Positions 1-13,253 of a stretch of 64,000 nt of DNA are shown one piece after another. Below the pieces are notes generated by a model. The model did not search any database, was not told where the DNA came from, and saw nothing but the letters and a program-made list of their open reading frames with translations. The stretch covers positions 74,763,620 to 74,827,619 of the forward strand of contig NC_068986.1 of NCBI RefSeq assembly GCF_001194135.2, in the 5' to 3' direction. The stretch is from Octopus bimaculoides (lineage: Eukaryota). Positions within the stretch are counted from its first letter, which is position 1. Every line of letters begins with the position of its first letter. The position numbers and the translations under genes were made by a program.

Positions 1-35
<35 letters not shown>
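1..35. repeat. (GT)n microsatellite
   Basis: Direct read of perfect GT repeat at window start. Confidence 0.98.
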
Positions 36-36
<1 letters not shown>

Positions 37-535
37 CATCTTCAAACTAATATAACAATGCAAAGAGTTGAATCTTCACTAAGTTTTGTTACAGCAACTG
101 CTACTGCAGTTGACTGCTGCTGTTATAAATACTACGCAAATTACTATGTCTGACAATTCTGTCAGGAAAAATTAGAACTAGTAGAGAATTGGATATTTGA
201 AATAGTTAAACTGACTTGCTTCTTCAGTTATTCTTATTTTAATTTAATCCGCAATCAACATCATGGAACATGGACAACGACTGGAGGTGCTCAGGTCGTA
301 GTCAATTCTCTCAACTACTCTTCAAACGTCATGTACAATTATGCATTGACTACTTGATCGTATATTTTATAACGGTACACTCGAAAGAACTTATGACTAT
401 TACATGATACATCAAACGAATTCAGTGTTTCTCGAATTTTCTGAAATTATTTTACCAGTTCTCTGCCTATGATGATATTTGATACTGTAGCTATTCTAAA
501 AATAATAAGAAAAAAGAAAAAGGAAAAAAAAAGAA

Positions 536-930
536 AAAAATGAGAAAAAAATGCTTTCTAAATGATGTATCAATACCAGCAGATGACAACGTTTGCCTAA
601 AAGAAATGGAAAAACTTTCAAAATACAAAAACCTGGAAATAGAGGTAACTCGAATGTGGAATCTAAAAACAGAAACAATTCCTATCATAGTAGGTGCCTT
701 AGGTATAATAAAAAAATATTCAGACAAATACATAACAAAGATACCAGGACTTACAAATATATATAACATACAGAAAATTGCACTACTAGGCACTGCACAC
801 ATCCTACGCAAAACACCTTCAATACAGTAAGCATAAGAGCATCACAGCAAACCACACCACATACCCAAGGCACACAGAGCTGCGCTCGGTAGTGAAGTGA
901 AAACATGTTATAAAAATAAAACTACTGAAC

Positions 931-958
<28 letters not shown>
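536..958 (+). mobile_element. 3' end of R4/Dong-type (RLE clade) non-LTR retrotransposon, 5'-truncated, with 3' UTR and (AAT)9 tail
   Basis: ORF 540-830 CFLNDVSIPADDN...EKLSKYKNLEIEVTRMW...IPIIVGALG matches the C-terminal restriction-like endonuclease (D-x-PxD...EK..KY..L...IVGALG); near-identical 3' UTR at 61800-61900 on the minus strand. Confidence 0.9.
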
Positions 959-961
<3 letters not shown>

Positions 962-1629
962 CACGTTGATTTCCAAATTTGATCATAGTTTATTTGCCAG
1001 CAACAAAATCAACGACATATGCATTTTGTTGTCTTGTGTCGTCGTCGTTTTAGTNNNNNNNNNNNNNNNNNNNNNNNNNNNNNNNNNNNNNNNNNNNNNN
1101 NNNNNNNNNNNNNNNNNNNNNNNNNNNNNNNNNNNNNNNNNNNNNNNNNNNNNNNNNNNNNNNNNNNNNNNNNNNNNNNNNNNNNNNNNNNNNNNNNNNN
1201 NNNNNNNNNNNNNNNNNNNNNNNNNNNNNNNNNNNNNNNNNNNNNNNNNNNNNNNNNNNNNNNNNNNNNNNNNNNNNNNNNNNNNNNNNNNNNNNNNNNN
1301 NNNNNNNNNNNNNNNNNNNNNNNNNNNNNNNNNNNNNNNNNNNNNNNNNNNNNNNNNNNNNNNNNNNNNNNNNNNNNNNNNNNNNNNNNNNNNNNNNNNN
1401 NNNNNNNNNNNNNNNNNNNNNNNNNNNNNNNNNNNNNNNNNNNNNNNNNNNNNNNNNNNNNNNNNNNNNNNNNNNNNNNNNNNNNNNNNNNNNNNNNNNN
1501 NNNNNNNNNNNNNNNNNNNNNNNNNNNNNNNNNNNNNNNNNNNNNNNNNNNNNNNNNNNNNNNNNNNNNNNNNNNNNNNNNNNNNNNNNNNNNNNNNNNN
1601 NNNNNNNNNNNNTATATATATATATATAT

Positions 1630-4260
1630 ATATATATATGATAGAAGTATGTTTCAAAAAGAAAATAGAAACTATACGTTGAAGCAAGAGGATTAAAGTT
1701 TACACCAACCCCTCGCAGATCGAACCCGAATGAAATTAAGGATTACACTAGGATTTTTGCCAAAAATTGCGCCTCACAGAAGCACTTCACAACTACAACA
1801 GCGAAGATGACTCAATAGTAAAAGACAAAAGTGAATACTGTCCTACAAAAGGCAGAAATAAAGCACTTGATGATTTTTGTGAATACATTACAAATTTTCC
1901 TTTCAATACCTTACAAAAACAACGAATTAAATCAAACCTTAACACAAATGAATAGAAAAACCTAATCGAGTTAAAAAATTATATAAACCTGACCATTAAA
2001 GAAGCCAATAAGGGAAGTGCGGTAGTGGTGATGGACACAGACTATTATAAAATTTTAATACTCTCCATGTTGGAAAGCAATATTTACTATGAGAAGAAAG
2101 AAGATAGTACAATGCAACCTACAGAAGACACTTAAAAACGTATCCTCTTTACTCCAAATACATTGAAATGGCTTCACTAAAAACAAAATTGACTATTTAT
2201 CCAATTTTAAATACCGAGCAAGCCTATTCTATGGATTACCTAAAATACACAAAAATCCACATATTTGTAAAGCTTGTAAAGATTCTCCATGCTTATGCAT
2301 TAACCCCCCCCCCTACTGACCTCAAACTAAGACCCTTCATTGCTACCCCTGCTTGTGAAACACGCCATTTGAGCGATTTCCTCGACATCCGTCTCAAACC
2401 ATTTCTAAATATGTGAAAAGCTTCATCAGCGTTGACTTAGATAGGCTTAACCACCTCCCGAAGACAATAAATGAAGGAACCCTGTTAGTATCATTCGATG
2501 TGGTGAACTTGTACACCAATATCTCACATGATTATAGTATAGAAGCAATTACCTTCTGACTAGAAAATTACCCAGAAGAGATCCCAGGACGCATCAACTA
2601 CAGATTCATAATCGCAGCATTGAAGTTCATCTTACTGAACAACTATTTCATGTTCGATACAGTTTACTATCAACAAAATGTGGAATTGCAATGGGAACCC
2701 GAGCTGTCCCACTGATTGCGAACTTTGTAATGATTTACCTAGAACTTAAAATATACCAATCATCACTACAAAGTATGGCAACTGATTCCATTGCTATTTA
2801 AAGGAGAACTGGAAGAGGTATTTAGATGATTACTTTATACTTTGGAAAGATAGCATGGACAAACTCCACGATTTCAAAATAATACTCAACAATATCAATA
2901 GCAACATACATTTCACTATGGAACACAGCAATAAACAACTCCCTTTTCTTGAGATCCTAATTAAAATAGTCAATAACCACATCGAAACCTATTATTCAAC
3001 TCATGCCACCCCAAACACATAAAAATTAATATATTTTATAACTTAGCGCAAAAAATCTGTACTATAATTTCGGACACCAATACTCGTGAACGAAGAATCC
3101 TTGAACTCAGAACAATATTAATAAGAGACATTACCCAACATCATTAAACGAGCAAAGGGGATTAAACGAGCAAAGAAAATAGACATACGAACATTAAGGG
3201 AAGTCAACCAAAATACTACACCAGACTTAAAAATACTCCCATATATCTCTACACATAACGCTAGAAACAATGAAGCCTTCAACATTATCATCCAAAATCT
3301 ACACATTCTCACAGGATATAAAATAATAAACGAAATTTTAAGCTCACACAAAGTTATCAAGAGCAAAATGCAACCGAAATCATTGAAAAAAATATTAACC
3401 AGCACAAGAAGATATCCATTAATAACGGAACCAAAAGTGAAAAAATGCGGACAGCCTAACTGTGGCACATGCCCCCACCTTTTGGAGGGTACAGAGTTCC
3501 ACTTTAAACAAGGTGAAATATTTAAGATTAAATCAAATTTCACCTGTACCTCGGAAAATCTAATCTATGCTATTACTTGCTTAGGGTGCGATAATCAATA
3601 TATTGGCCAAACAGGAATATCACTCCGTCGAAGAACCACTCTTCACAAAGAACATATCTGCCACCCACAATACAGACAGATACAGGTTAGTGAACACAGA
3701 AAAGTGTGCTAGGAACCGTAATCCTAACTTCCTAATTTTCCCCTTCTATGAATATTCACAGAACACCTCAGTACAGCAAAGAATGAATAAAGAGGCAACT
3801 TTCACCAATAAATATCATCCACAACTCAACATGAACACATAATATAATACAGAATAGTACTAACCTTACTAATAATACCACTAACTCCTGTACATCCCAT
3901 ACACCATTCATATTACAGTATTATATCTACCCTAATTGCACCACATCCAGAACTACTTACCTCCCTTACACATAATCTGTTTACTCAGGGACTAGTAGAC
4001 CCGACACCGTTTGGAAATCGGTGCTCATTCAAAGCCAGTGAACAACGTTTGACGATACCGGTATGACTTTGAATCTCCTTAACAATTCAAAATAATGAAT
4101 TTCATTCCTCTTAATTCTACCTCAATTCATCTAATTGTATATATTTATCGTTATTTTTCATTTAAAAAGTCTTTATTTTCTGATATCCAATGTGCATTTT
4201 TGCTTTTTGTCTTCTTACTTTCTCTATATATATTGTATATTTACGTATATGTGTTTGACT
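1630..4260 (+). mobile_element. Penelope-like retroelement (Neptune-type), decayed: N-terminus, RT, Cys linker, GIY-YIG, pseudo-LTR
   Basis: Across frameshifts: RGLKFTPTP (~1690), IKEANKGSAVVVMD (~1995), LVSFDVVNLYTNI (~2485), GIAMGT (~2680), WKRYLDD (~2810), CGQPNCGTCPH then NLIYAITCLGCDNQYIGQTGISLRRR..H (ORF 3368-3712), YHPQLN end; multiple stops. Confidence 0.92.
4027..4074 (+). ncRNA. Decayed minimal type I hammerhead ribozyme, G3-C8 core variant, in PLE pseudo-LTR
   Basis: Helix I attcaaagcca/tgactttgaat (10 of 11 pairs); core gtgaaca; gata in place of GAAA; palindromic accggt helix III; H17 = a4063; helix II weak. Confidence 0.55.
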
Positions 4261-5127
4261 CTGTGTGTGTGTGTTTTTTTTTTTGCTGGCATATACACAC
4301 ACATACATAATGTGGGTAATATTTTCAATCGAGACGTTTCAATCGTATCAGATTCTTGAAGTGCTTCAATTCTGTCTATGTACATATATTTACTAGATTG
4401 TTGACATTTATTAATGGTTTACTCCATTGTTTTGTTGACCCATTTTCTATCATTAATAAAACTGTAGGGATTTTTGACGACACGAGTATACTAATTTAAA
4501 CATAATATTTTTAATGTCTTTCCTTTTATAGGACGCTAGAATGCGTTAGTGGAAGAAGAAGCGGTTGCTAGGTTGCTATTTTTAGCACGTGTACGACTAA
4601 GTAGACGGCCCTTCATTGGGTTGAAGAGATTCCGTCTTTGTCTCGTATATTATGTATGTGAGTCATTGTGAAGTGTTCAATAAAACTTCTACCTTATATT
4701 TAGTATACAACTATTGCAACAATGTTTTCAGAACATAACACTTCCAACCATATGAACCGTGACTGCAGTCTTTATGCACCGGAAGTATTCTCCATTTGTT
4801 CATTATCGTATTTTTTCTTTCACAACACGATCCAATCTAAATGTATGAGATTTTGTTCACGGCAACAAACTACCCTACCTCCAACCCGTTGTAAAAACCT
4901 TCACTGTTTTTTTTTTTTAATATTTTTATCCCCTGTTCTACCTCTTGTTCTTTTCCTTCTTCTTTGCTTTCTTTTCTTCATTTTCATTTCGCCTTTCCAT
5001 TGCATTCATAACCTTTTATATTATAATTTTTTAAGGTATACCAACATTCGGTGTACATCCATATCTCTCAAACTCGACAGTTCTTCGACATAACTCCATA
5101 TGTCAGCAATGCCCAGACACTGAACAA

Positions 5128-5158
<31 letters not shown>

Positions 5159-5566
5159 GTCTTTTCAAAATTATTTAATCGATCTGCGTGTATCTCATGC
5201 ACGCTCTCCTGTGACGGCAATTCTGTGGCTGTGCAGTTTATCACGAATCAGAAAAGACCCTCGGTTCCACTTTCAACCCTCTGAAGTTATGGAAGTTATC
5301 CAAATTATTTCTAGATTCGAAAATCTAGGGATAAGATCCAGAAGTGAGAGGAGGCAGTTATCGTAGAGTGAGTGAACGAACGAACGAGCGATGTGAAGTG
5401 GCTCTGAGAGATGAACATTTACTTTGATCAAGCATTTACCGCTGTGCATTGCAACAATCAAGGTTATGTAAACGGGTCTATACCAGGCAGATGTTAAGAG
5501 GTTGACGGCTCGGTACGGCTGACGGGACATTCAACCTGTTTTGGAGATGTTAACTGTTGGTGCTGG

Positions 5567-5571
<5 letters not shown>

Positions 5572-5611
<40 letters not shown>
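5572..5611. repeat. (CA)n microsatellite
   Basis: Direct read. Confidence 0.95.
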
Positions 5612-5614
<3 letters not shown>

Positions 5615-5723
5615 TTCGCACAAATATACACACAAATACGCACACACACATGCACACGAACGCACGCGCAGAAAATATGATCATACAGATACAAAGAGAA
5701 AGAGAAAGAGACAGAGACAGACA

Positions 5724-5759
<36 letters not shown>

Positions 5760-6629
5760 GAAACAGCAATTTATTGAGTGAATACGACTGATATAGGCAT
5801 TTCCCCTTTCTTTATACATTTAGAGAAATATACCTACACGCATGTTCACACACACATACACACACAGAGCAAGAGAGTGAGGGAATGAAGGAGAGAATGA
5901 AAGAAACATTAAAACGAGAGAAGCACTAAAATATCTGATGTCAAATAAATTCAGCGTCGAATCAGCGATGCCAAAGAGGCAGCACCAAAACAGCTACGCC
6001 AAAACGTTCTCATAACCACTTAAATATGTCAAATTTAGGAATTCTTCGTTGAAGCTGAATAAACTGCTTGATAATTTTTCCGCTGTTGTTTTTCAGGTTG
6101 TTTTTATAACGGTTGTTGTTGCTGTTGTTGTTGTTATTGCTATTATTTTTGTTGTTTCTGTTGATGATTTTTTTCCTTCGTTATTAAGGACTTCAGTCTT
6201 ATCTGACGTCATCTACCGTTGTCATAGATACAACAGAGATGTTTTCATTCATTTATCTTCCTCCTCCGTTTGCCATTGTTTGAAATAAACACTCTTTTGC
6301 TCTCCTGTGTCCTCTTATATTTGTCCCCTGTAAATGTTATTATTTCTCTAAAGGGATCTATGCATAGTTTTAATGGAAAAGGGACAATTTAATAATCAAA
6401 ATTTAACAATCTATGAAACTATCTCTCAGGTGGGGGTGGGTGGTGAAGCAAACCAAACGTAGCAACTCACTAAAATGAAGGGTTCCGTTCCTCTATATAG
6501 GTGATAAAAATATTTTGAATCAAGCATCCCAGTTCGGGTGGAAACATGAACATTTCGGAAATTTTATAGATGGAGATCGAGCGTACACTTCCCGTGAATG
6601 GCAACAACAACTATAATAATGATCGTTTC

Positions 6630-6770
6630 GAATGTTAATACAAGGCCAGTAATTTTAGAAGTAAGGGTTCACTGGATTACATCGACCCCAGTACTTGACT
6701 ATTTTATCGCCTCCGAAAGGATTAAATGAAAAGCTGACCTCGGTGGAATTATGCATGATGTTCTGTATAA
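6630..6770 (-). mobile_element. Degenerate tRNA-derived SINE 3' half
   Basis: Reverse complement resembles gcctttcatcctttcggggtcgataaa...gtactggggtcgatgtaatc seen in the better copy at 11652-11860. Confidence 0.6.
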
Positions 6771-7714
6771 ATACTGATTTTTCACCCATACTAACATTCC
6801 CTCTGTACGATCTTGAACAAGATGCCACGCGAAGAGATTATATCAAGTATTGTTGCATACTCACAAAATGTTTGGGCAAGATATCTCCAACTATCTGATC
6901 TTCATATATCGATGATTTTTTTCTTTAGTCAATTATATGTAGTCTTGCCATGCTGAATTTTTGGAATTCTTCCTGCAGATTCCTATATTGATTCTATATC
7001 TTTTATATTCCAGTTATTTACCCCAAATTCATGATCAGTTTCGATTCAATTTACTCATTTTCCACTCTTCGTATTCTGGTTCTCCTTCAGCAATATTCTA
7101 TCGCTGATTGAATTTCTATCATTATTTATAAACATTCCATTGTGCTTTTACTGCTTCATCTACTGTAGATACATATTTATTTTCAATGACATTAACCTGG
7201 TCAATTTTTTTACCTTTTTTTATTTCCAACCGTCTCTACGCCGTTTTTTTTAAAACATATCTTCTTGGTAAAAGTCCATAACTCTTGGCTTTGACATTTG
7301 TTTCAGGAAGTAGGGGGAAACCTGACTCAGATATGCTCGGGATCTTTAATTTATCTTTTTAATCTCCTTTTCTCTCTTAGCCTTTTGTTGTTTTAATTTT
7401 TGTTTCAAATTTAGGGCTTGATGCTTATGTGATTTATCATACAGATATTGGGCGTTGCTCTACAGAACGTTGCTTCCAGTGAATTTATTTTCAAGATATC
7501 CTTTAATTTCTATATATTACCAAGTATAATCTGTCGCTTCCATTCACTCTCATAGTATTAATTTTGCTCACAGTTATTCTTTATTCATTTATCATTTCTT
7601 TTAAATCTTTCGAATATCTTGCAATGGATATTCATTCATTGTGTGCTCTCCTTTCGTTATTTCATTTTATACTGTTGCCTTGACATTGAAAGTTTCTTTC
7701 TCTACAAATACTTT

Positions 7715-7749
<35 letters not shown>

Positions 7750-7751
<2 letters not shown>

Positions 7752-10740
7752 CTTTGGAATCCAGCTTTGACTACAATAATTTTCTGACTCTTCTTGTGTA
7801 CTCCCTAAAGGTAATTTGTTTAATTTTTTTTTAAATCTCGTATGCTTCCAGTATTCCCAAGTATTTATATCACTGTCCTTTCTCTCATTGTTTGCCCATT
7901 TGGCGTTTCAATTCTTCTGCATTTCATTTTCAATGTAGCGCACTTTTCTATCCCAAATTCCATGCCTAGGTCATTGGAGAAAACGCAGATAGTGTGTACA
8001 AGACTTTCAAGCTGTTTCTCATTTTTCGCATAAACCTTTATACCATTCATGAAAAGGAGATGATTTATCTCACTATTTCTTTTTCCAAAATCCTAATCAA
8101 TTTCAACTTTTCATCGTAACATAGTGAGCGGTGTCATGGCCATTACGAATAGTAATGGAGGTAAGCTGTCACCTTGGAATATTCCGCGTCTGATGTTCAC
8201 TTTTCCGAGTTTTTGTTTTCCTCCGATCAATTCAGTATTCCAGTGTTTCATACTCTCATTAAGCATTTTCTTTATTATTTTTTGCTATTCCAAACATGTC
8301 CATTGTTTTATTTAACCAACTGTATATGCTTTTTTGTAATCTAGCTATGCTACATTCAGTCCCGTCAATCTGCGTGTATAGTTTCTAATTAATCATTTTA
8401 TCAACTACTAAGTGATCTTTTGTTGCCTTACTTTGTTTCCCGCATCATTTGTGTTCTTCTGGAAGTAGATTGTTACTTTTCAGATGGTTGTATAACTCTT
8501 CCGTCATGACACCGGTCATAGCTTCCATAATAGAGATAAACAGGTTATAGGTCGAAAATTTGATGCCAAGTTCCTTTTTAAGAGATCCTTGAGGCATAGC
8601 AGTGTTCATTCACTTGTCATGCAAGCAGAGACATCATCCAGATGTGCAGCGATCCTTTCATGCAACTGTGCAAAGTTCTTCAGCCAATAGCGTTGTTCGC
8701 CATTTGGGCCTGGCCCTTTCCAATTTGCTATTTTTTAGCTTCTGTCTCACTGTATATAGATTAATTCTGATGTCTATTTGTCTTGGTACAGTTGCAAGTT
8801 GCCTTTCCACCTTTTTTAGTCACTCTGCACTTTCTTTATGTCTCGCCAGCCTGTTCCACAGCCTTCCCAAAAATTCTTTACTTTCTTCTGCATCTGGTGT
8901 TGGTCTCCCTCTGTTTCCTCAAACAGACGCCTTTTATTTGATTGGAACAGTCTATTATGTTCGAAACCTTTGCACCTAGAATCATATCTTTTTAATTTGG
9001 CCTTTAATGTTGTCACTTTTTGTGTCAATTCTTCATGTACTGTTTGATTTCCCTTTTCTTCTAACCTGTACTGTCTTTTCAATTTTCTGATTACTACCTT
9101 ATTCTTGAGCTCTCCTCTCATTATCCTATTCAATTGCCCCAGTTCTTTCCGTGTCTTTTCCAACTTTATTCGCATTCTCTTCCTCCAGTTTGGTTCTTTC
9201 TTTTCATTTGCTTTTATATCTTCAGTTTTTCGCTTATAGCCTACTATGTTGTCTATGAAATTAACGGCAGCTATGATTAGCTGGTTTGTTTCACTGATGT
9301 TTTCTGTTTTAATCAAGCTTAAAATGTCATTTACTTTGCCTGAGGCTTTCCTCACTTGTTTTCTGTCCATATATCTTACATTTGGTGGTACTTCATCGTG
9401 CCCATCAGACATTTTACTTTGCAACATTTCTAAAATCTCCTTCTCTTCATCATTTAAGACTTGTGCAGTATACTTACTGTCATTTGTCCATCTAGGTCGT
9501 CTTCATTAGTTACTTTATCACTTTTCTCTGGTAATCTGCGGTTTCCATCTGTTTCATGTCCTTCGTCTCTTACCCCTTCACTACCGCTTTCTGCTACTGC
9601 TGTTTCACTCTCTTGCTCTTTTTTATTATACTTCAATCTCTACTCTTGTAATTCAGTCGTTCCTACGGATTTCTCTTGCTTAGTCTATCAGTCGCTGGGC
9701 GGATTTTCAAAACCACCTTTCTCATCCCACATCCACTTCATTTGATTCTTGAAGCCTCTTTTATTTGGCTCACTTCTCAGCCAAGATTCTATTACTATTT
9801 TGTTTACATCTTTTTCCCATGTCATTCTTTCTTTTGCACTTTTGACTGCGATTTTGGTCCTGATCAATAACAGTTCCAGTCCCGTTAGCGCAGTTGTGGT
9901 TATTATTTTATTTTGACATCACTCATTTAGAAGTAGCATTTGTAAGGTTATGCAGTCATCCGTATTTTTATCGAGACACCTTTAATAGGTGGATGCTAAC
10001 CAAAGCTCCAATAGTCCAGACCTACCCTCGTGTACACTGTTTTTAGCGTCAGTCTCATTCAATTCATTGTTTTATATCTTTGAAGTTTTCACTCTTGCGA
10101 ATGTTGGTGTTGAGGTGGCACAACCATGGGTGTTTTTATTGAGTCACCTTCTCCGTAGAGAAGGTGACTCAATAAGAAGGTGACTCAATAAATAATAAGG
10201 TTAATCGGTCCCTTCCTCCTAAGAGACAGGCGTAACCCCACCAGACGCCAACCTGGTATTTCTAGGCTTCGGGGTTGGCTTACAGGTACTAAACTTTGCC
10301 CAACGGTAACCGGAAGGTAGTTTTGGTCAAGGGTTACCTTGTTCTTCCCACTTCGTGACGCCACAACCGAATGCAGTTTCATGCCATCCCCAGGGCGTGT
10401 TATCATTAGTATTATCATTTCCTTGTATTGTTAGTGGTGGCGGCAGCACTGTTGTAAGCTATTCCTTTCTTTGACTATTTCCTGTAGTCGCAGTAGCTTT
10501 GTTGCCATCGTTGCTCTTCTGTCTCTGATAATTTCTGTTGCTTTTGTGTTTGTCTTCGTTCTTGTACTTCTATTGTACTTGTGTTGGCGGGACGGCCTTT
10601 GTCGTTCAAAATGGCCGTTCAAAATGGAGTGCTAATGTTTATCCTCCTCGACATGCTGTTATTACCTATTCGGGGGAAATATTCTGTGGATTGGGGATGG
10701 GGGCTAATTGATGGGTTTCAGGTTTGGTCTGCTATGTTGT
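7750..10740 (-). mobile_element. R4/Dong-type LINE: 5' region, N-terminal domain and RT, decayed and 3'-truncated
   Basis: Minus strand: WLRSEPNKRGF...MWDEKGGFE (~9700-9800), ORF 8816-9427 (WRKRM...LKRYDSR...NRLFQSNKRRLF), KVYAKNEKQLESL...FSNDLGMEFGIEKCA (ORF 7865-8050), EYTRRVRKLL.SKL (~7780); 5' end abuts compound AAT/GAT/AAC microsatellite. Confidence 0.88.
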
Positions 10741-10780
10741 TGTCGTTGCTGTTGTTGTTGTTGTATCTGTTGTTGTTGTT

Positions 10781-10836
<56 letters not shown>

Positions 10837-10850
10837 TATTATTATCATCA

Positions 10851-10908
<58 letters not shown>
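10741..10908. repeat. Compound (GTT)n(ATC)n(ATT)n microsatellite
   Basis: Direct read. Confidence 0.95.
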
Positions 10909-11450
10909 CAAGGCGGCGAGCTGGCAGAGTCGTTTGCACGCTGGGCGAAATGCTTAGCGGTACTTCNNNNNNNNNNNNNNNNNNNNNNNNNNNNNNNNNN
11001 NNNNNNNNNNNNNNNNNNNNNNNNNNNNNNNNNNNNNNNNNNNNNNNNNNNNNNNNNNNNNNNNNNNNNNNNNNNNNNNNNNNNNNNNNNNNNNNNNNNN
11101 NNNNNNNNNNNNNNNNNNNNNNNNNNNNNNNNNNNNNNNNNNNNNNNNNNNNNNNNNNNNNNNNNNNNNNNNNNNNNNNNNNNNNNNNNNNNNNNNNNNN
11201 NNNNNNNNNNNNNNNNNNNNNNNNNNNNNNNNNNNNNNNNNNNNNNNNNNNNNNNNNNNNNNNNNNNNNNNNNNNNNNNNNNNNNNNNNNNNNNNNNNNN
11301 NNNNNNNNNNNNNNNNNNNNNNNNNNNNNNNNNNNNNNNNNNNNNNNNNNNNNNNNNNNNNNNNNNNNNNNNNNNNNNNNNNNNNNNNNNNNNNNNNNNN
11401 NNNNNNNNNNNNNNNNNNNNNNNNNNNNNNNNNNNNNNNNNNNNNNNNNT

Positions 11451-11522
11451 TGATGGGTTTCAGGTTTGGTCTGCTATGTTGTTGTCGTTGCTGTTGTTGT
11501 TGTTGTATCTGTTGTTGTTGTT

Positions 11523-11578
<56 letters not shown>

Positions 11579-11592
11579 TATTATTATCATCA

Positions 11593-11650
<58 letters not shown>

Positions 11651-11708
11651 CAAGGCGGCGAGCTGGCAGAGTCGTTTGCACGCTGGGCGAAATGCTTAGC
11701 GGTACTTC
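11451..11708. other. Exact duplicate of 10709-10966 across an N gap (probable assembly overlap)
   Basis: 258 bp appear identical, including microsatellite lengths, on both sides of the gap. Confidence 0.85.
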
Positions 11709-11860
11709 GCCCGTCGCTGCATTCTAAGTTAAAGATTCCGCCGAAGTTGCCTTTGCCTTTCATCCTTTCAGACTCGATAAATTATGTACCAGTAAAACAC
11801 TGAGGGCGAAGTACTTGACTAGTCCCTTCCCACCAAATTTGAGGCTTTGTGCCTCCAGTA
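11652..11860 (+). mobile_element. tRNA-derived SINE (ggcgagctggcaga head family)
   Basis: A/B-box-like head, gcctttcatcctttc...gataaa core, ends in (ATT)n; related copies at 27425-27640, 28105-28225, 55140-55250, 59570-59630. Confidence 0.8.
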
Positions 11861-11882
11861 TAAAGGATTATTATTATTATTA

Positions 11883-11929
<47 letters not shown>

Positions 11930-12181
11930 GAAAGAGCACTGCATGCCATCAAAGTGACACTGGGGTAAAATATACAAAGCCCAATATACCCATCATGACT
12001 ACCCGTCTGATAAGGGTACACCAGGCACATGCATNNNNNNNNNNNNNNNNNNNNNNNNNNNNNNNNNNNNNNNNNNNNNNNNNNNNNNNNNNNNNNNNNN
12101 NNNNNNNNNNNNNNNNNNNNNNNNNNNNNNNNNNNNNNNNNNNNNNNNNNNNNNNNNNNNNNNNNNNNNNNNNNNNNNNNN

Positions 12182-12256
12182 TATTATTATTATTATTATT
12201 TTGTGATCGACTATCCCCTCCCTTCAAATTCCCGTTCTTGTGCCTATATTAGAAAG

Positions 12257-12348
<92 letters not shown>

Positions 12349-12410
12349 CTAGTAGTAATTGTTGTTGTTGTTATTGTTGTAGCTGCAGTAGCAGCAGCAA
12401 CAACAATAGA
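12182..12410. repeat. Compound (ATT)n(AGT)n(GTT)n microsatellite region
   Basis: Direct read. Confidence 0.9.
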
Positions 12411-13181
12411 AGCATTATTTCTACATAATTAAAACGCGACTATGTTCAATCAATATTGAAATTCCTCAATTTTGTAAGAACTAAAGATTGTGTCAAGATG
12501 AACTACCATTAATATTAATTCGATAAAATATCGGTCAAATAGTGTTGCAGCAATTACTTGGATGATCGCGGAGTGCCGCAAATGTGGAATAAAACAAGAT
12601 ACGAGTGACTTGCTTATTTATAGCGAACGTAAGAATTACGATCATTTCGGATAGAATTGATTTTTTTTTCTCCCGTTCTTCTACAATTATTTACACCTTT
12701 AAGGCATTAGTGACACCGCTCAACCTATTATGATGCATTCTGGGAATGGAATGTTACCTAACATAGCAAGACATGACAGAAATTCGACAGATCGCGTTCT
12801 TTTTCTCTTTCACTTTACCTCGCTCCTTTTCATTCCCTCTCACTCACCACTCTTCTCCTCTCCTTGCTCATTATTTCTTTCGCTCTCTTTTCCATGTCTC
12901 AATCGCTGTCTCTTCCTCTTTCTCTCTATCTCGTCTTCTCTCTCCCATCATACAATCTCGCTTTGCGAGCATCCACAATATCTGGCATAGTATCAACCTT
13001 TCGAACAAGTTTCTGTCTATAATTGAAATTCCAAATAAATGTTCGTTGTTCATACTCCAGGAAGCTCTGTGGTGAAGCGACATCATGTGACTTTATAATC
13101 ATGTATCATCGGCCGAAGCGAGTGTTTAGAAATTCGAAGAAAAAAGCAGCACATCATGCATGTACATACATTTGTGTGTGT

Positions 13182-13250
<69 letters not shown>

Positions 13251-13253
<3 letters not shown>

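Noticed and set aside
4321-4375. Minus-strand aatc/gatt-gaaacgtc hammerhead-like half
   Set aside because: No recognisable CUGANGA; too degenerate
4463-4740. TG...CA segment with aataaa resembling a solo LTR
   Set aside because: No target-site duplication (aaaac vs cttcc) and no second copy in the window
10200-10740. HDV-like ribozyme expected in the 5' UTR of R2/R4-type LINEs
   Set aside because: Could not assign the nested double pseudoknot by eye; needs a descriptor search such as RNArobo
10741-12410. Repeat-spacer appearance that might suggest a CRISPR array
   Set aside because: Simple trinucleotide repeats in eukaryotic DNA; no conserved 25-45 bp repeats with unique spacers
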